64,000 nucleotides of DNA, from the NCBI RefSeq assembly GCF_009914755.1, contig NC_060935.1, one strand, 5' to 3'. Made by a program: the position numbers and the translations under genes. The stretch comes from the human T2T-CHM13v2.0 reference genome, Homo sapiens. The notes under the pieces were generated by a model, which saw only the letters and a program-made list of their open reading frames with translations, searched no databases and was not told where the DNA came from. Positions 1-14,820 of this stretch are shown piece by piece; within the stretch, counting starts at the first letter, position 1; each line of letters starts with the position of its first letter.

Positions 1-154
1 AAATTTTGGATTTCAGCCTAAATTGATTTGGGTTACATTTTAGAAAAAATAAGTCTTTTCACATCTAAAGAAATAATAGCATAGTATCTTTCGAATATGG
101 TCTAAGTGTCTTAAAATAAATATCTATTTAAAACTGATTACATATTTAGGGTTA

Positions 155-330
155 TTTATTATCTCTATTTTATGGATGTAGGAAATGAGATATAGAGATG
201 TTAAATTATGTCTGCAAAGTCACATAGCTAACAGGTAATGTTCATTTGCTTTGACTACAGAATGAATTAATTATGAAGCTGGGTTTCAACACTCTTATTC
301 TGACTGCAGAGTTCACACTTCTAAGCACTG
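155..330 (-). mobile_element. MIR SINE remnant
   Basis: Core-like ATTATCTCTATTTTATGGATGTAGGAAATGAGATATAGAGATGTTAAATT...AAGTCACATAGCTAA; highly diverged, approximate ends. Confidence 0.5.
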
Positions 331-907
331 CAAAATACTGTGTTATTATCAACTGAAGACACAATAATGGTTTGAACTAGTCCCGATAGGATGGAGCCAA
401 ATTTATTGTTTTTAAAGATACTAGAGATGTAGACTCAATAGTATTTTTAATACTATGGAGAGGATACACCTTAGATTTTTTATCTAGCCAGTCCACTGAA
501 TGATAATGACGTAAAAAGATTACACAATTTCATTGCTCTGTGTGTCTTCTGACTATTTCTATGTGGTATTCATGTCACTGTCTACTTAACAAACTATTCA
601 GACCCTGTCTTACTATAGAAATAATTATCTGAGTTGACAGATATAATTTCCCCATTATTTTATTTGCAAACACCGAATACAATGTCCTCTACCTCTCTTA
701 CAAAAAACACACAAATATATAGCTTATTTATTTCCTTTAATGATCAGCTTTGCACTTATTAGCTAAAGTAATTTTTTTATTTACTGAGATTCTATTACAT
801 ATGAGAAGTTTGAAAAGGAAAAATACAGTTTTTGTAGCTTTCTGAGACTATTGCCTGTATTTCTGTTCTTCAGAGATGTTATTCAGGAATACAGAAAGTT
901 TAATTGA

Positions 908-1283
<376 letters not shown>

Positions 1284-2364
1284 AAAAAAATGCTTTTATA
1301 ATTGAATCCTACTTTCACACCTTTTGTTGTCCATGTCACACCTTCTTATTCACTGTTCAATTACAAGGTCAAAACATTATACAAGAAAGACTGTTCTACA
1401 CATTCCACATTGCGTCTCATGCAAATAACATCAACTTTTCTTAGCCTTTCCTCTTTTCAAATGTTTACCATTTCCTTCTAGGAGTTCCCTATTTCCCCAT
1501 CCATATTACAGTGCTCCTCCCATCACCTGTTTATCATGGAACCTCCTCTTCTTGGCTTTGCTTCTCTCATGTTAATGTTTAGCCCACATCCTGATTGTCT
1601 TCTGGAAACTATAGTCATAATTAGTATTGCTGCTCTGGAATCCTCCAATGATAAAAAATGAACAAAAGACTTTTTACTATATAATAATTATACTTAATGA
1701 ATGATTGAATGCCTTGAAAATACTCCTCTAACAAATGCCATAAGGTACATGAAAATATGTAAAAACAATTTAGGTAGCTTTAGAAATGATATATATATAT
1801 TTTTTTTTTACTTCTAATAACTCAATGCTCAGATTGTATTTTTCTCTTTCTAGTCTTTTCTTCAACATGTTTTTCATCTATCTTAAACACTCAAAATCTA
1901 AGTGTCTCAGATTTAAAATAAAGATACTGATATCTCTTATTCAGACGCATGTGTGTTTAAAAGAGATTACCTGTGTTACTGTGTGTGAGAGGAGGGGAAG
2001 TTTGGCAAATATGACTCAAATAAGATACAAATCATCTCTTCCTTATTTCTACTCTCTTTCCATTTTAATTCATTATTTTCCTACTTCCTTTTTCTGATTC
2101 TATAATTATAGATATTTCATGCATATAGTTTGATGAGTCCTTAAACTAGTTGAGGCTCAGACACTTTGTAAAATATGGTTAAATATGCTCTCCCATATGT
2201 TTACAGAGATGATATCTGCTATTTGCACAGATTCTAACATAGAATTTCAAGTAGGAAACAGTACATTAATAAATGGTAGTTGATGCTGCTGTTTTACTAC
2301 ATTTACTTCATTATTGTGTAATAATGATGAATGAATAATAATAAATGGGCCAAGTTTAATTCTT

Positions 2365-2832
2365 TAAAAACATGGATAGAACTAGAGGACATTATGTAAA
2401 CTGAAGTAAGCTAAGCACAGAAAGACAAATGTCTCCTGTTCTCATTAATATGTTGTATCTAAAACAAAATTGATCTCATGCAAATAATGAGTAGAATGAT
2501 GGTTACCAGAGGTGGGGAAGTGTGTAAGGGTGAGGGCGGACAAAGGGAGGTTAGTTAATGGGTACAAAAATATAGTTAGATAAAATAAATAAGTTATAGT
2601 GTTTAATAGCACAGTAGGGTAATTATAGTTAACAAAAATTTGTAGTATATTTCAAAATAGCCATGAGAGAAGATTTGGAATGTTTCTAACACAAAGAAAT
2701 GATAAATGTTGGAGATTATGGATATCTTCATTACCCTGATGTGATCATTACACATTTTACACATTACACGTATGTATCAGTATACCACATGTACCCCATA
2801 ATTATGTGCAACTATTATGTATTAATAAAATT
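2365..2832 (+). mobile_element. L1MA-type 3' end fragment
   Basis: CATGGATAGAACTAGAGGACATTATG...CACAGAAAGACAAAT...CACAAAGAAATGATAAATGTT...CACATGTACCCCATAA. Confidence 0.75.
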
Positions 2833-3246
2833 AACCTGCACTGAAAAAATATTTTCAATATTTTAGATTACATCTTAATGAATCTGTGTTTTCATTAACA
2901 ACTTCTTACCCATTTTGTATGTTAACACCTGTGTGTTGCCATCTAACCAAATGGAACAAATAGAAATCACTATGGGGCCTGACAACTCTATGTATGTCTG
3001 AATTGAAAGTAAATTCTGTGTGATGGTAAGAGAAGGTAATAAATGAAATAGGTATTAAGATAAAATTGTAGCATAATATCAGTGATGAGACCATTGCAAA
3101 CTGATGAGAAGAAAAGCATTAAAACAGAGGAATATGTTATGTCAAACTTTTTATTACCATCCACTGCTTAAATTCATCCAGACCCTTCTCACTGAGAATT
3201 CACATTTTCGATTGTTCTTTATGTAGTACATTTCTAATCGTGTGAA

Positions 3247-3270
3247 TTTTTTTGGTTTTCAATTCTGCAG
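3247..3270 (+). promoter_or_regulatory. Candidate splice acceptor of the OR coding exon
   Basis: TTTTTTTGGTTTTCAATTCTGCAG ending 74 nt before the ATG, the usual OR gene layout. Confidence 0.5.
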
Positions 3271-3344
3271 AATTTTACCTGTTTTCCTGCTGATTGGCAC
3301 ACATACAGTCATAAAGATCATGGACTTATGCATTCACAAGCAGG

Positions 3345-4280
3345 ATGTTCCTTCCCAATAACACCCAGTTTCACCCCTCCTCCTTCCTGTTGCTGGGGAT
3401 CCCAGGGCTAGAAACACTTCACATCTGGATCGGCTTTCCCTTTTGTGCTGTGTACATAATTGCACTCATAGGGCGCTTCACTATTCTACTTGTGATCAAG
3501 ACTGACAGCAGCCTATACCAGCCCATGTTCTACTTCCTGGCCATGTTGGCCACCATTGACTTGGGCCTTTCAACAGCTACCATCCCTAAGATGCTTGGGA
3601 TCTTCTGGTTTAGCCTCAGGGAGATTATCTGTGATGCCTGCCTCATCCAGATGTTTTTCATCCACAACTTTACTGGCATGGAGTCAGCAGCCCTCGTGGG
3701 AATGGCTTATGACCACTTTGTGGCCATCTGCAACCCGCTACGATATAGCATCATCCTCACCAAAAAGGCTGTTTCTGTGATTGGTCTTGGTGTGTTAGTG
3801 AGGTCATTTATGTCTGTTATTCCATTTGTTTTTCTCATTTTGCGGTTGCCCTTCTGTGGGGATCATGTCATTCCCCACACCAACTGTGAGCACATGGGTC
3901 TTGCTCATCTGTCTTGTTCCAGTATCAAGATCAATATAATCTATGGCTTGGGTGCTATTTCAATCCTAGTATTCGACATCATAGCCATTGCCCTTTCTTA
4001 TGTGCAAATACTTCACGCTGTTTTCCATCTTCCTTCCTGTAAAGCCTGACTCAAGTCCCTCAGCACATGTGGTTCACATGTGTGTGTAATCCTTGCCTTC
4101 TATACACCAGCCCTCTTTTCCTTTGTGACTCATCGCTTTGGCCAAAATGTGCCCCGCTATATCCATATACTCCTAGCCAATCTCTATGTTGTGGTGCCAC
4201 CAATGCTCAATCCTGTCATATATGGAGTCAGAACCAAGCAGATCTATGACTGTGTGAAGAAAATATTCTTACAAAAATAA
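3345..4280 (+). pseudogene. OR52E3P: Olfactory receptor family 52E pseudogene (nonsense codon 235)
   Basis: OR motifs [48 protein letters not shown]. ORFs 3345-4049 and 4080-4280 are in the same frame, separated only by TGA at 4047-4049; 936 nt in total. Symbol from subfamily likeness and recalled gene order. Confidence 0.85.
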
Positions 4281-4394
4281 GAAATTGAAAAGAAATAGCA
4301 TCTAATACATATAAGAAGGACTTTTTGAGCACAGAAATACCTTCCTACAGTAAATTTAAGCTTATTTGACAGCTCCTCCCTGTAAGTATGTTAT

Positions 4395-4499
4395 TGAATT
4401 AAGAAAGCTAAAGCCTAAGCTTTGATATTCAATTTATATGATAAATGAATTAAGAAAGCTAAAGCCTAAGCTTTGATATTCAATTTACATGATAAATGA
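4395..4499. repeat. 51-bp tandem duplication
   Basis: TGAATTAAGAAAGCTAAAGCCTAAGCTTTGATATTCAATTTAYATGATAAA x2, one mismatch. Confidence 0.95.
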
Positions 4500-5779
4500 C
4501 AGTCAATCAGAGTTTTTGTATGTAATTTTTATCAATTATGGCAGTAAATTTAAAGTAGGATTTTAGAAAGCCTGCCGTGTTTTGTGCACTATCCACCTAT
4601 GTCATTCATGCAGGTGTTTTCATGTTTCTCGCTCCTTTATCTCCAGGCCTGTCTGTATCTGTTTCTCTCTTCTTACCGTGCATGCCATCCTATCTTTCCT
4701 TTTTGTTTTTACTTCTTTTTATATCTAGAAATACCAGTCATTTTTATTCCATAATAAAGACTATATTATGATATATTATTATTTTATGAAGATTATTAAC
4801 ATCCAAAATTGGTTCTATGAACTTAATACTGATTTTGGCCATGAAAAGACAGTGAGAAAGTAAAGGAAACCACAAACAGATTCATTATAAATTTTTGTAA
4901 AAGTTGTTATAAATATATTTAGTTTTTTTATGGACCAAACCGTGATTTAAACATAATTAAGGAACCAGTTATATCCTAGAGAGATCCCTTGTTTTTCCCT
5001 CCATAGTTTTATTTGTTTTCTAATTTATTTTTAGATTAATCCTGCAGTTATTTTCTTCTTTTTCCTGCCTTTACTTACATGATTTTAATATTAAAAAATT
5101 TTGGGTTTATTCCTAGTTCTGTCTTTAATATATGTTTAATATATGTTCTATCTTTAATGTATGCTTAATGTTCAATGTTCCTTAATTTCTTTATGTTATA
5201 AATATGGCCTATTTCATAGATTAAGCATGAAGGGCTTAATTATATACTGTTTCTAAAATAGAATACTGCTCTGCATGTTATCTATAGTAAATACAAAATA
5301 GTTGTTCGCCATCACTAGAGTCATCTTATTACTTGCATTACAGTGTTTTTTAAATCCTGATGCTTGACAACATTGTTACAATTAGAGATGTTTATATTCA
5401 TAAAATTTCATTTTATATCATATAATATTCCCTGAAGTTGGGATCCAGCTAAAGGACAATTAGTGTTAAATGTATACATATATGTATTCATTGTAGACAC
5501 ATACACGTAACTAACATGCAATTAATTTAAAATTTTGTGAAAATTTGATTTCCTTGAAGTTCTTATTGGAGGGAAATTGATAAAAATGCCAATTTTTCAT
5601 AAGTCCATCGTAAATTAAATTTGTATTTTTCATATATATGTTTTAACGTAACCTCTTAGTCTCTAAAAAGAAATATACATTCGGAAATACTTATTTACAA
5701 AATTTATTCTTATCTTGCTACATCTATAATATGAGGAAAGCTGTCTTCACAATATTTTGTAATCTCAGCTCATATTCTT

Positions 5780-6096
<317 letters not shown>

Positions 6097-7392
6097 TGCT
6101 CATATTCTTATAACCTCACTTCTATGTTCCTCTTCTCAACTTTCTATTCCTCCTTTCTTGTTTTTAGGTGATGACTCTATTTGTAAAGTCCTTTTTTCAC
6201 CAGCCACTTTCAGTCATCTTTTCAGCCAATTTTATTCTGTTAGATATTTTCCTTTCTGTCTCTGCTGCTATTGTCTAAATAGTGTTAATAGTAACTGGCA
6301 TATGATATTTTGAAATTGACTACATTCTCCATGCCAGATATCTCTCCCAACTTAACACCCTTCTTGATCCTTACTCTGTGGAGATATGCCAATTTTTTGA
6401 TAAAATCTACAATACAAATATACATAAAGCTTAATATAACAACTTTCAATTGTTGCCCATCATCCTCTCTCCCCTGGATGGTAGGAAACTTGTCATTTAT
6501 TTATTCCTTCAGTGACTCACAATGTAACTCACATGTCTACTCAATAAATGTCAGCTGAATGAATTGATCTAGTTTAAAATAAGAAATTCATGTGTTCGTA
6601 ATTACTCATCGTATACTACAAGAAAGTTGGTATTAAATGTATCAATTGGTGTAAGTTACAATTGGAAAAAAAGTTTTATGCACAAACAGGCTATAGAGAA
6701 AATGCACTGAGAAGTAAAGGACTTAATTCTAAAAGCAGTGATTGAGGGAGTGAGGGCACATATTCAATTAATTTATTCATGCAAAATGAAATGTAAATTT
6801 GTAGATTACCTTTGGCGAGTGTTTCTAATGTTGTAGAATAATTGTCTTAAAAATGCTTATAACCATTCTCCTGGTTAGTATGCCTTACGTTGCAAATTTT
6901 TAAAAAATTGTGTAAGTTTACTTTAACTGTAATGAAATATATTATTTCATATAACAGTAAGCCCAGTGCTGGGCAGGATGCAATACTGATTGTTTTAGCA
7001 GCCCATGACGTAATTAAGGATTTGCTTTCTCTCCAGCCTTTTAGAAGTTAAACACTTCTATCAACAAAGATATAGACATCTTCTTTTCATGACTGATTGT
7101 CCAGAATTAGGTTGTATGACAATTTCTAAACTTGCCCCTGATAAGGAGGTTGAATTTACCATTACTGTTGTATACGAATCATCTTAGGTAGGATAGGTTT
7201 CTGGTAATCAATGTAATATGCCATGCATCAAGTGATTTAGCTTCTCAAAATTTCTTCATGGTTAATTGTAATTTACTCATTCAATATGTAATTATAAAGA
7301 GTATATTCAGTGAGAAATATCTTTTCTGAAGATACAAATGTTAAAAGATAAGTATGGAAACTCTTACACAAATAATAAACGTTCAGAAATTT

Positions 7393-7696
<304 letters not shown>

Positions 7697-8118
7697 AACT
7701 TCCAGAGATTTACATATAATTATATCTATGTAATCATAGGTATCATATACATATTACAACTTGCAATTTTAAAATGTTGAGAAAATGTACAATATTGTGG
7801 AATAATTAAATGAGCATATATTACATATTAAGATGATACACTGATAAAATCTGAGAAAAAGTTTCACTATTTTATATTGAGTGAAAAATAAGAGAAATTA
7901 AAAAAATTGACATTCTTTTAAAGGCATAAATGTGTACAAAGATAAAGGGAAAATATTTTAGTGTTAGTGATTAGTGATTTTTATAAATATATTTGTGTGC
8001 ATTTTATTTTATTATATATATTTTTTCAAATTGACTAAAATAATAGGTGTTATTATATAATAAAATTATATAAATAAGAAATAAATATAAGTATAAAAGT
8101 GAAGTTGGTTGCCTAGAG

Positions 8119-8186
8119 CAGGGGTCCCCAACCCCTGTGCTGTAGACTCGTAACAGTCCATGGCCTGTTAGGAACCATCCGCACAC
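8119..8186 (+). mobile_element. MER1 (hAT-Charlie) terminal fragment
   Basis: CAGGGGTCCCCAACCCC...TGGCCTGTTAGGAACC. Confidence 0.6.
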
Positions 8187-9429
8187 CTGGAGATACTGTG
8201 GTATACTGTAGTCTAAAATGTAACTAATCTTTTTCCTCCATAAATAGTCCCCCTTTCTTTGTAGTGACGTAGTCAATTTGCGTCAATAATTAATCATTTT
8301 GTCAACAAATTTTTTATGAGACAACATTGCACACATCACAATATTAGGTACCACAGTACCTATCTATGTTCTATGTAATGGTACACAGTGATCTATGTAA
8401 TGATTTCAGGATTTTGCTCCTTAGTAGATGACGTATTTCAGCATTATATTGTATAATGTTCCAAATAAAAATAATGTGTGTTATAAATGTGTAAGAAAGA
8501 GGGGAGGAAGCAGAAAATGGTGGTGGGAGGCATGAATAAGGTGATCAGGAAGGAATGCATAATCAAGCTTTATAGAAGGATAAGTTAATTTCTCTAGGCG
8601 AATAATAGGTGAGTACATTCTAGGACAAGAACAAGAAAATATTAGAAACACATGTCTTTGACTTAGCTTATTTCAGTGCATTTACAATGTGCATTCATTC
8701 TAATGAGGCTCTTTACAACACGGTAGAAGCAAATCAAAATTTTTCTTCTGATAGTTCTGTTACCACTTGTGCCATTCTGATTATTTCTGTATTTCCAACC
8801 CTCACTCATTCCTTGAGTTAATACTCACTTCAACGCTCTTTATTCTTATGTTATGATTCAAATATAGTTTTGTTTTGTCTTGTTCTCTGTCCTAAAAATT
8901 CCACATGAAATCAACCAAATAAAAGATCAAACAGTATATATGATATAGAATATTTTAGGGAGGGTGCTCAAACTTACATTTTTATTTTAGGCTTGATGAT
9001 TGGACATGTCATTTTGTATGTACCAATTTTATATATTTTTTAAAAAACATTAGCTTTTATTTCTTTTTACACAAATATGAGATGGTTATGAAACACAAAC
9101 AGTGCCTTGAGATTGAATGCCCATCTGAACATTTATTTTTTGTAAACTTTTTCTGAGGAACTGCACACTTTTGATTACCAGAGTCAGGGAAGTAGGTTTA
9201 AGTTATAACCAAATTCTTTTAAAAACAGGTGCCTCCTAAAGTGTGGGAAACACAAATTAATTCACCTTACTTCCTCTCTAAATAACTTCTTTCAGAGTTT
9301 CCCTTTTATAATGAGTATAAAGGTGAACAATTTAAAAAAAACTTTATCAAATGACCCAAGCAAAGTGCTTCCTTGTTTCTTTGACTGCAAGTCCTAACTC
9401 TAACACTGAAGATTAAAAATCTTAAGAGC

Positions 9430-10670
9430 ACAATTTTATAAGTGTCTGTTTAATCTTTACTCAACAATATTTCTGTTAAATGAGTCTATTTTGTATGTAA
9501 TGGCAGTTCCGTTGTGTTTGTTCTTTTTTGTTTGTTGCTTGTTATTGTTACATTATTTTGTTTCATCACTTCACAGATAGGATTTAATGAATACATTCCT
9601 TTAAAGAATACACACTACTTTATTTATATATTTTACCACTATCAGATATTTGACTTTAAAATTTTTCCCTATTATGAATAAAATCAGTACAAACGTTTTT
9701 ATATATGTATTTGAGTAAACATAATTACTTATTTCTTTTGAGTATTTACTTAGGAGTAATTACTGGTTTATAGGTGATATAGTTTGGTTGTATCCCCACC
9801 CAAAATCTCATCTTCAATTGTAATCCCCATAATCTGCACGTGTCAAGGGCAGGACCAGGTGGCAGTAATTGAATCATGGAGACAGTCTCCCCCATGCCGT
9901 TCTCATGATAGTAAGTTCTCACTAGATCTGAGGGTTTTGTAAGTGTCTGGCATTTCCCTTGCTTGTACTCACTCTATCCTGCCACCCTGTGAATAAGGGG
10001 CCTGTTTTTCCTTTACCTTCCGCAATGATTGTAAGTTTCCTGAGGCCTCCCCAGCAATGCAGAACTATGAGTCAATTAAAACTCTTTCCTTTATAAATTA
10101 CCCAGTGTCAGATAGTTCTTTATAGCAGTGCGAAAATGGGCTAATACAATAGGGGGTAGTTAGCCTGAATAGGCTCTTCCAGTTGCCAAACTGTTTAATA
10201 GTTATTCTGTATCTTTATGAACACTCAGAATTAGAGGTCTTAATTTTAGCCATACTGAATGGGTTGTAGGGTTGTTACACTGTGGTTTGCATTAGGATTT
10301 TTCCTGATGAGTAGTGGTGTAAATTTTTTTCTTCTACTTATTAACTATGTTCTTCCTTTAAGGTTCCAGCTTACGTTTGGCTCTTTTTTTATATTGAGTT
10401 GTTTGTCGTTTTTTATAAACTTATAGTAAATTCATTGCAATATTTTACTGTATTATAAGTACTATAACTGATATATAATATATATCAATTATATATTATA
10501 TATAATATATATATAATGGAAACATCATATCTCAAGCAGTGGCTTCCTTATTCAATGTCTTAATGAAAATTTTGATAAGCAGAAAACTTGTATTTAAGTA
10601 TGAGTTTTCATTATTTTCATTTTCCATGATTTGTTTTATGACCAGTTAAAATATTTTCTAATCAAAGGTA
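9430..10670 (-). mobile_element. Old L1M fragment interrupted by THE1
   Basis: Antisense L1M-like text (TTTCTTTTGAGTATTTACTTAGGAGTAATTACTGG; TTTAGCCATACTGAATGGG...GTGGTTTGCATT) on both sides of the LTR. Confidence 0.55.
9775..10148 (+). mobile_element. THE1 (THE1D-like) solo MaLR LTR
   Basis: TGATATAGTTTGG...CTAATACA termini, GATTGTAAGTTTCCTGAGGCCTCCCCAGC core; 5-bp TSD ATAGG at 9770-9774 and 10149-10153. Confidence 0.9.
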
Positions 10671-10764
10671 AGGTTATACATTGAAGGACCTTCTGTGAAT
10701 TTTTAAAATAATCACAGAATTTTAATGAATAAGAAGCTGGGAAGCAAAGTGAGATGGCATTTAA

Positions 10765-11093
<329 letters not shown>

Positions 11094-12248
11094 AGCATAG
11101 AAAACCAGATTTAAGTATTTCTCCTATATTACATACATTTTCTTTACAAATTTGATGCTACCCAGTGATACCTAGGGATAGGTTGATGACGTGGGGAAGG
11201 ATACTTGGAGGAGATGAAGAAAACGTAGATAGTAATGGAATCTGCTTGAGAAAAAAATGTATTTTATGTCGTGTCTTTTTAGGGTAGGCCCAGTGATGGC
11301 AGTAAATTTTGAGTCCTCTTTTGTTTTAAGCTTTTAGGAAGAAAGAAGATCAGGTCTCTATTCCTGTTAAGTTTAGCAAAAGGGCAAAATCCCCATGTTG
11401 GCATGGTTGCAACTGTGTGCACAGAGCATCAAAATAACTTTACAGAATTATTTCTGGGACTTACAATTGAATAACAACAATAAAGATTCCACAGTAACAC
11501 AGTATCACAAAAGAGCATGGAATCTGAATTCTTGAAACATTTTAATTGACTCCAATTATGTCTTATAATCTCAAAGTAGCATAGAAAACACATAATCTGA
11601 ATGTGTTTAGGAAGGCAGCAGGAGGAAGACACTGACAGATGATTCGGATGGAAATAAGACAACTAAAATCAACAACTTCAAAGGACGAATGATGAGGGCA
11701 TAAATTGTTTAAAGCACATCTCCAAAATTTTCAGCATTACAGATGAGTTTAGATACATCTGGAAATGGGACGGCATCTAAAACAACTGTTTATGTTTCTG
11801 CCGTGTCAGTGGATTGGAAACATAAAGTTTTACTTATGAAACAAATTAAAAAAAACTACATTTGCTTCATTATTGCTTATTCTAGGAGTGCCTATTGCTT
11901 AAATGTCTCAGAAAGCATAATTTTTTTTTCAAATTTAATAGTAACAGTGCCACATGCATGTTAATTTAAAATATCATGCTGAAAGGGTACAGTTAATATC
12001 AACCATCCTTAATCCCAGCCAACCTAATCTCCAGTTCTATTCCCTGAATACATTCACTATGAAATCTTCTAGATGTATATTCTGGCACTTAATTATACAT
12101 TACCTTATGATGGGTTTATTTAAAAATGTGGTGATTCATTCTGTTCAAACTGGATTTATTAATTACCTGCTATATACATGAGAATTTAGATTAATTATAT
12201 TAATATTCACTCAGACTACCCAACTTCTTGTCTTACTTTCTGTCTCAC

Positions 12249-12377
12249 TGTGTGTGTATATATATATATACACACACACACACATATATGTATATATATA
12301 TGTATATGTGTGTGTGTCTGTGTGGTTGTATATAGGTATGTGTGTATGTATGTGTTTGTATATATATTTATATATAC
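12249..12377. repeat. Compound (TG)/(TA)/(CA) microsatellite
   Basis: Seen directly. Confidence 0.85.
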
Positions 12378-13809
12378 AATACACATTTCATATGATTTTT
12401 TCTACAATTAAGTAATATAGTGTTATTTTTATTACTTTACTACTTTTATTATTTTATTAATATAGTGTTACTTTCTACAATTAAGTAATGTAGTATTACT
12501 TTATTTTTACTCATTATATTAAAGAGATATTTTGATTTACACTGTAAATTAAGCATACTATCGATACATTTTTTTCCTTTGGCTTTTGTATATTTCACAA
12601 CTCTAAATATAGTACTTCCTATTATTTTATTTTTATGTATTTTAAAATTCATTTTTCTTAACTCAAAGCCAGTAAGATGAGCCTGCATGGAAAAGAGATA
12701 AGAGGCTTTATCTTATCTGATAACCATGATATCTTAATAAATTATTGGTGAGTGCTAAAGCATTGATGTGGGAAAGGGGATACATCCATTGGTAATTGAT
12801 GACCTAAATCTGCACTATTGCAACATCTCATAAATTCAGATGTAAAATTTACCCAAGAGATTCAGTTTGCCTTATGTGAATGTTTTGGGAACATTATCCT
12901 TATGTATCTGACTTCCTATTGACAATGTATGTGTCAGAAGAGAGGATGGGAAGGGGTGTCTACTTCTGCTCTAGTCCCTCCATCCCCAGTGTAGAAAATG
13001 GGATCTTTCCCAGGAGACTCTGAGCAAAGTAATGACTGGTTGATAGAAGAAATTTGAGTTGGCTGTAATTCTAGACATGCCCCACAGGGCCCTAAATACT
13101 TGCAGATTAAAACTCTCTTCCCTTTAGTTGATATGATAGAGCTCTCTGTTGGAGGCGAGTTTCTCATTAAATGTGTCATAGATACGGAGAGTGATCAGAG
13201 GCTCTTGTCTAACAGCTAAGGAACAGGCTACAGCTGAACATATTAAGCTGATATTTGATACCTCACTATTGCAGAAATATTTCCTGACAGAAAGAGGTCT
13301 TAATGGATCAGGCTGGAACACTTAAATTTTTAAAGTAACTATCTGCAAAGGGAACTTTAAGTTGTGGTATAAATGAAAATTTCCACTTCCAGGGATAATC
13401 ATGTATCAAGGCATAATTGTTAATAACAGCAACCACAATGATAATAGTAAACAATGTTATCAGAGGACCAGAGATACGTGCAGATTTATACATTTGATTG
13501 CAAAGAAGGTGGCAGAAAAATAAGAATACTAGATATAAAATTAATATAATCTTGCACAATTTACTGGCTGGGAAAACTATATTTTTAATGTCATTTATAA
13601 AATACTTTTCAAAATTTGGACTTTCTCCTCTTATTTTCTCTGGACTCAATTAGATTTAAGACCAACCTTCCTCCCTTCCTTTCTTCTCTTTTTTTCTTTC
13701 TTTCTCCTACTTTTCTTTTAAAAATATTTTCCGACTTTCCTGCCATTTCTATCTCTACTCCTCCATTTTTTCCTTCTTTTTGTAATAGTCCTATTTATCT
13801 TTTCTTTCT

Positions 13810-13902
13810 GGAAGGAAGGAAGAAGGAAGGTAAGAAGGAAGGAAGGGAGGAAGGAAGGAAGGGAAGGAGGGAGAGAGGGAGGGAGGGAGGGAGGGAAAGG
13901 GA
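13810..13902. repeat. (GGAA)n/(GGGA)n purine repeat
   Basis: Seen directly. Confidence 0.9.
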
Positions 13903-14766
13903 ATATCAGAACTGCAGTGTGGGAAATCAGTAACATAGATCTTTTTAGCCTGGTGTCAACCACTATCATTGTCTTTTTAAAATTTCTCTCAAGTTTCCTT
14001 ATTTCAACAAATCTCCTTATTTCCCCACTCTCAACAAGATTAGATACAATTAATATTCCTGGGAATTTATCAACCAGTAGAAAATTTGGTCTTATTTATA
14101 AATTATATTCTCACCAGAAGACTACTGGCAAAAACACGCATTTCTCTTTTAGGGGTGATTTCCAGCTGCAGTGTTTTTCATCTTTCTGCAACTATTTTCA
14201 TATCTGAAGTATTATATAATACAGTGTGTCCGTGGGGTATAGGAATAAACATATAAAGAATAAATTAATAAAGCATAAGTTTTTATTTTGGGTCTGACTT
14301 TCCAAATATGCTCCATGGAAATTACTGATACCAAATAAACCGGTTTAAGGATTCTGCTAGATTTTCTGTCATTCTTCACGGCTAGTTACACTCAGGTTTT
14401 TGTATATATTGTCATGTTTTGTGGGCAGATAGCAGTGTCTTTCTGTGATTCTGTACGTTGATCTGTATAATTAAGGTCTGCTTTGTCTTCAAAAAAGACT
14501 GACATCTCACTATAACATAACCTTCATTTTCAAAATTCATTCCAGGTTTTGTACGGGGTTTGAACAAATGAGTATATTATTGTCCAGAACCTCAGAGGAA
14601 GACTCAGGTCTCCCTCTGAGTCATAAAGCTAATTTGTCTTCCAGTTGAAGAATGCCCAGTCTGTGTCTAGATCTGACTTTGGACTCAAGATTTGGCAATA
14701 ATTTTCTAAGAAAAATAGAGATAAAATTAAGCTTATTGGAGATATTTTGAGCTAAACATTTATAAA

Positions 14767-14784
14767 TTTTAATTTTCCTTCTAG
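14767..14784 (+). promoter_or_regulatory. Candidate splice acceptor of the OR coding exon
   Basis: TTTTAATTTTCCTTCTAG ending 36 nt before the ATG. Confidence 0.5.
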
Positions 14785-14820
14785 AGGTGGTCAGCTAATA
14801 CTTTTCTCGTCAATGGCAAG

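Noticed and set aside
12399-12498. Locally repeated TTTCTACAATTAAGTAAT(A/G)TAGT
   Set aside because: Small slippage duplication in AT-rich DNA beside a microsatellite; no sign of function
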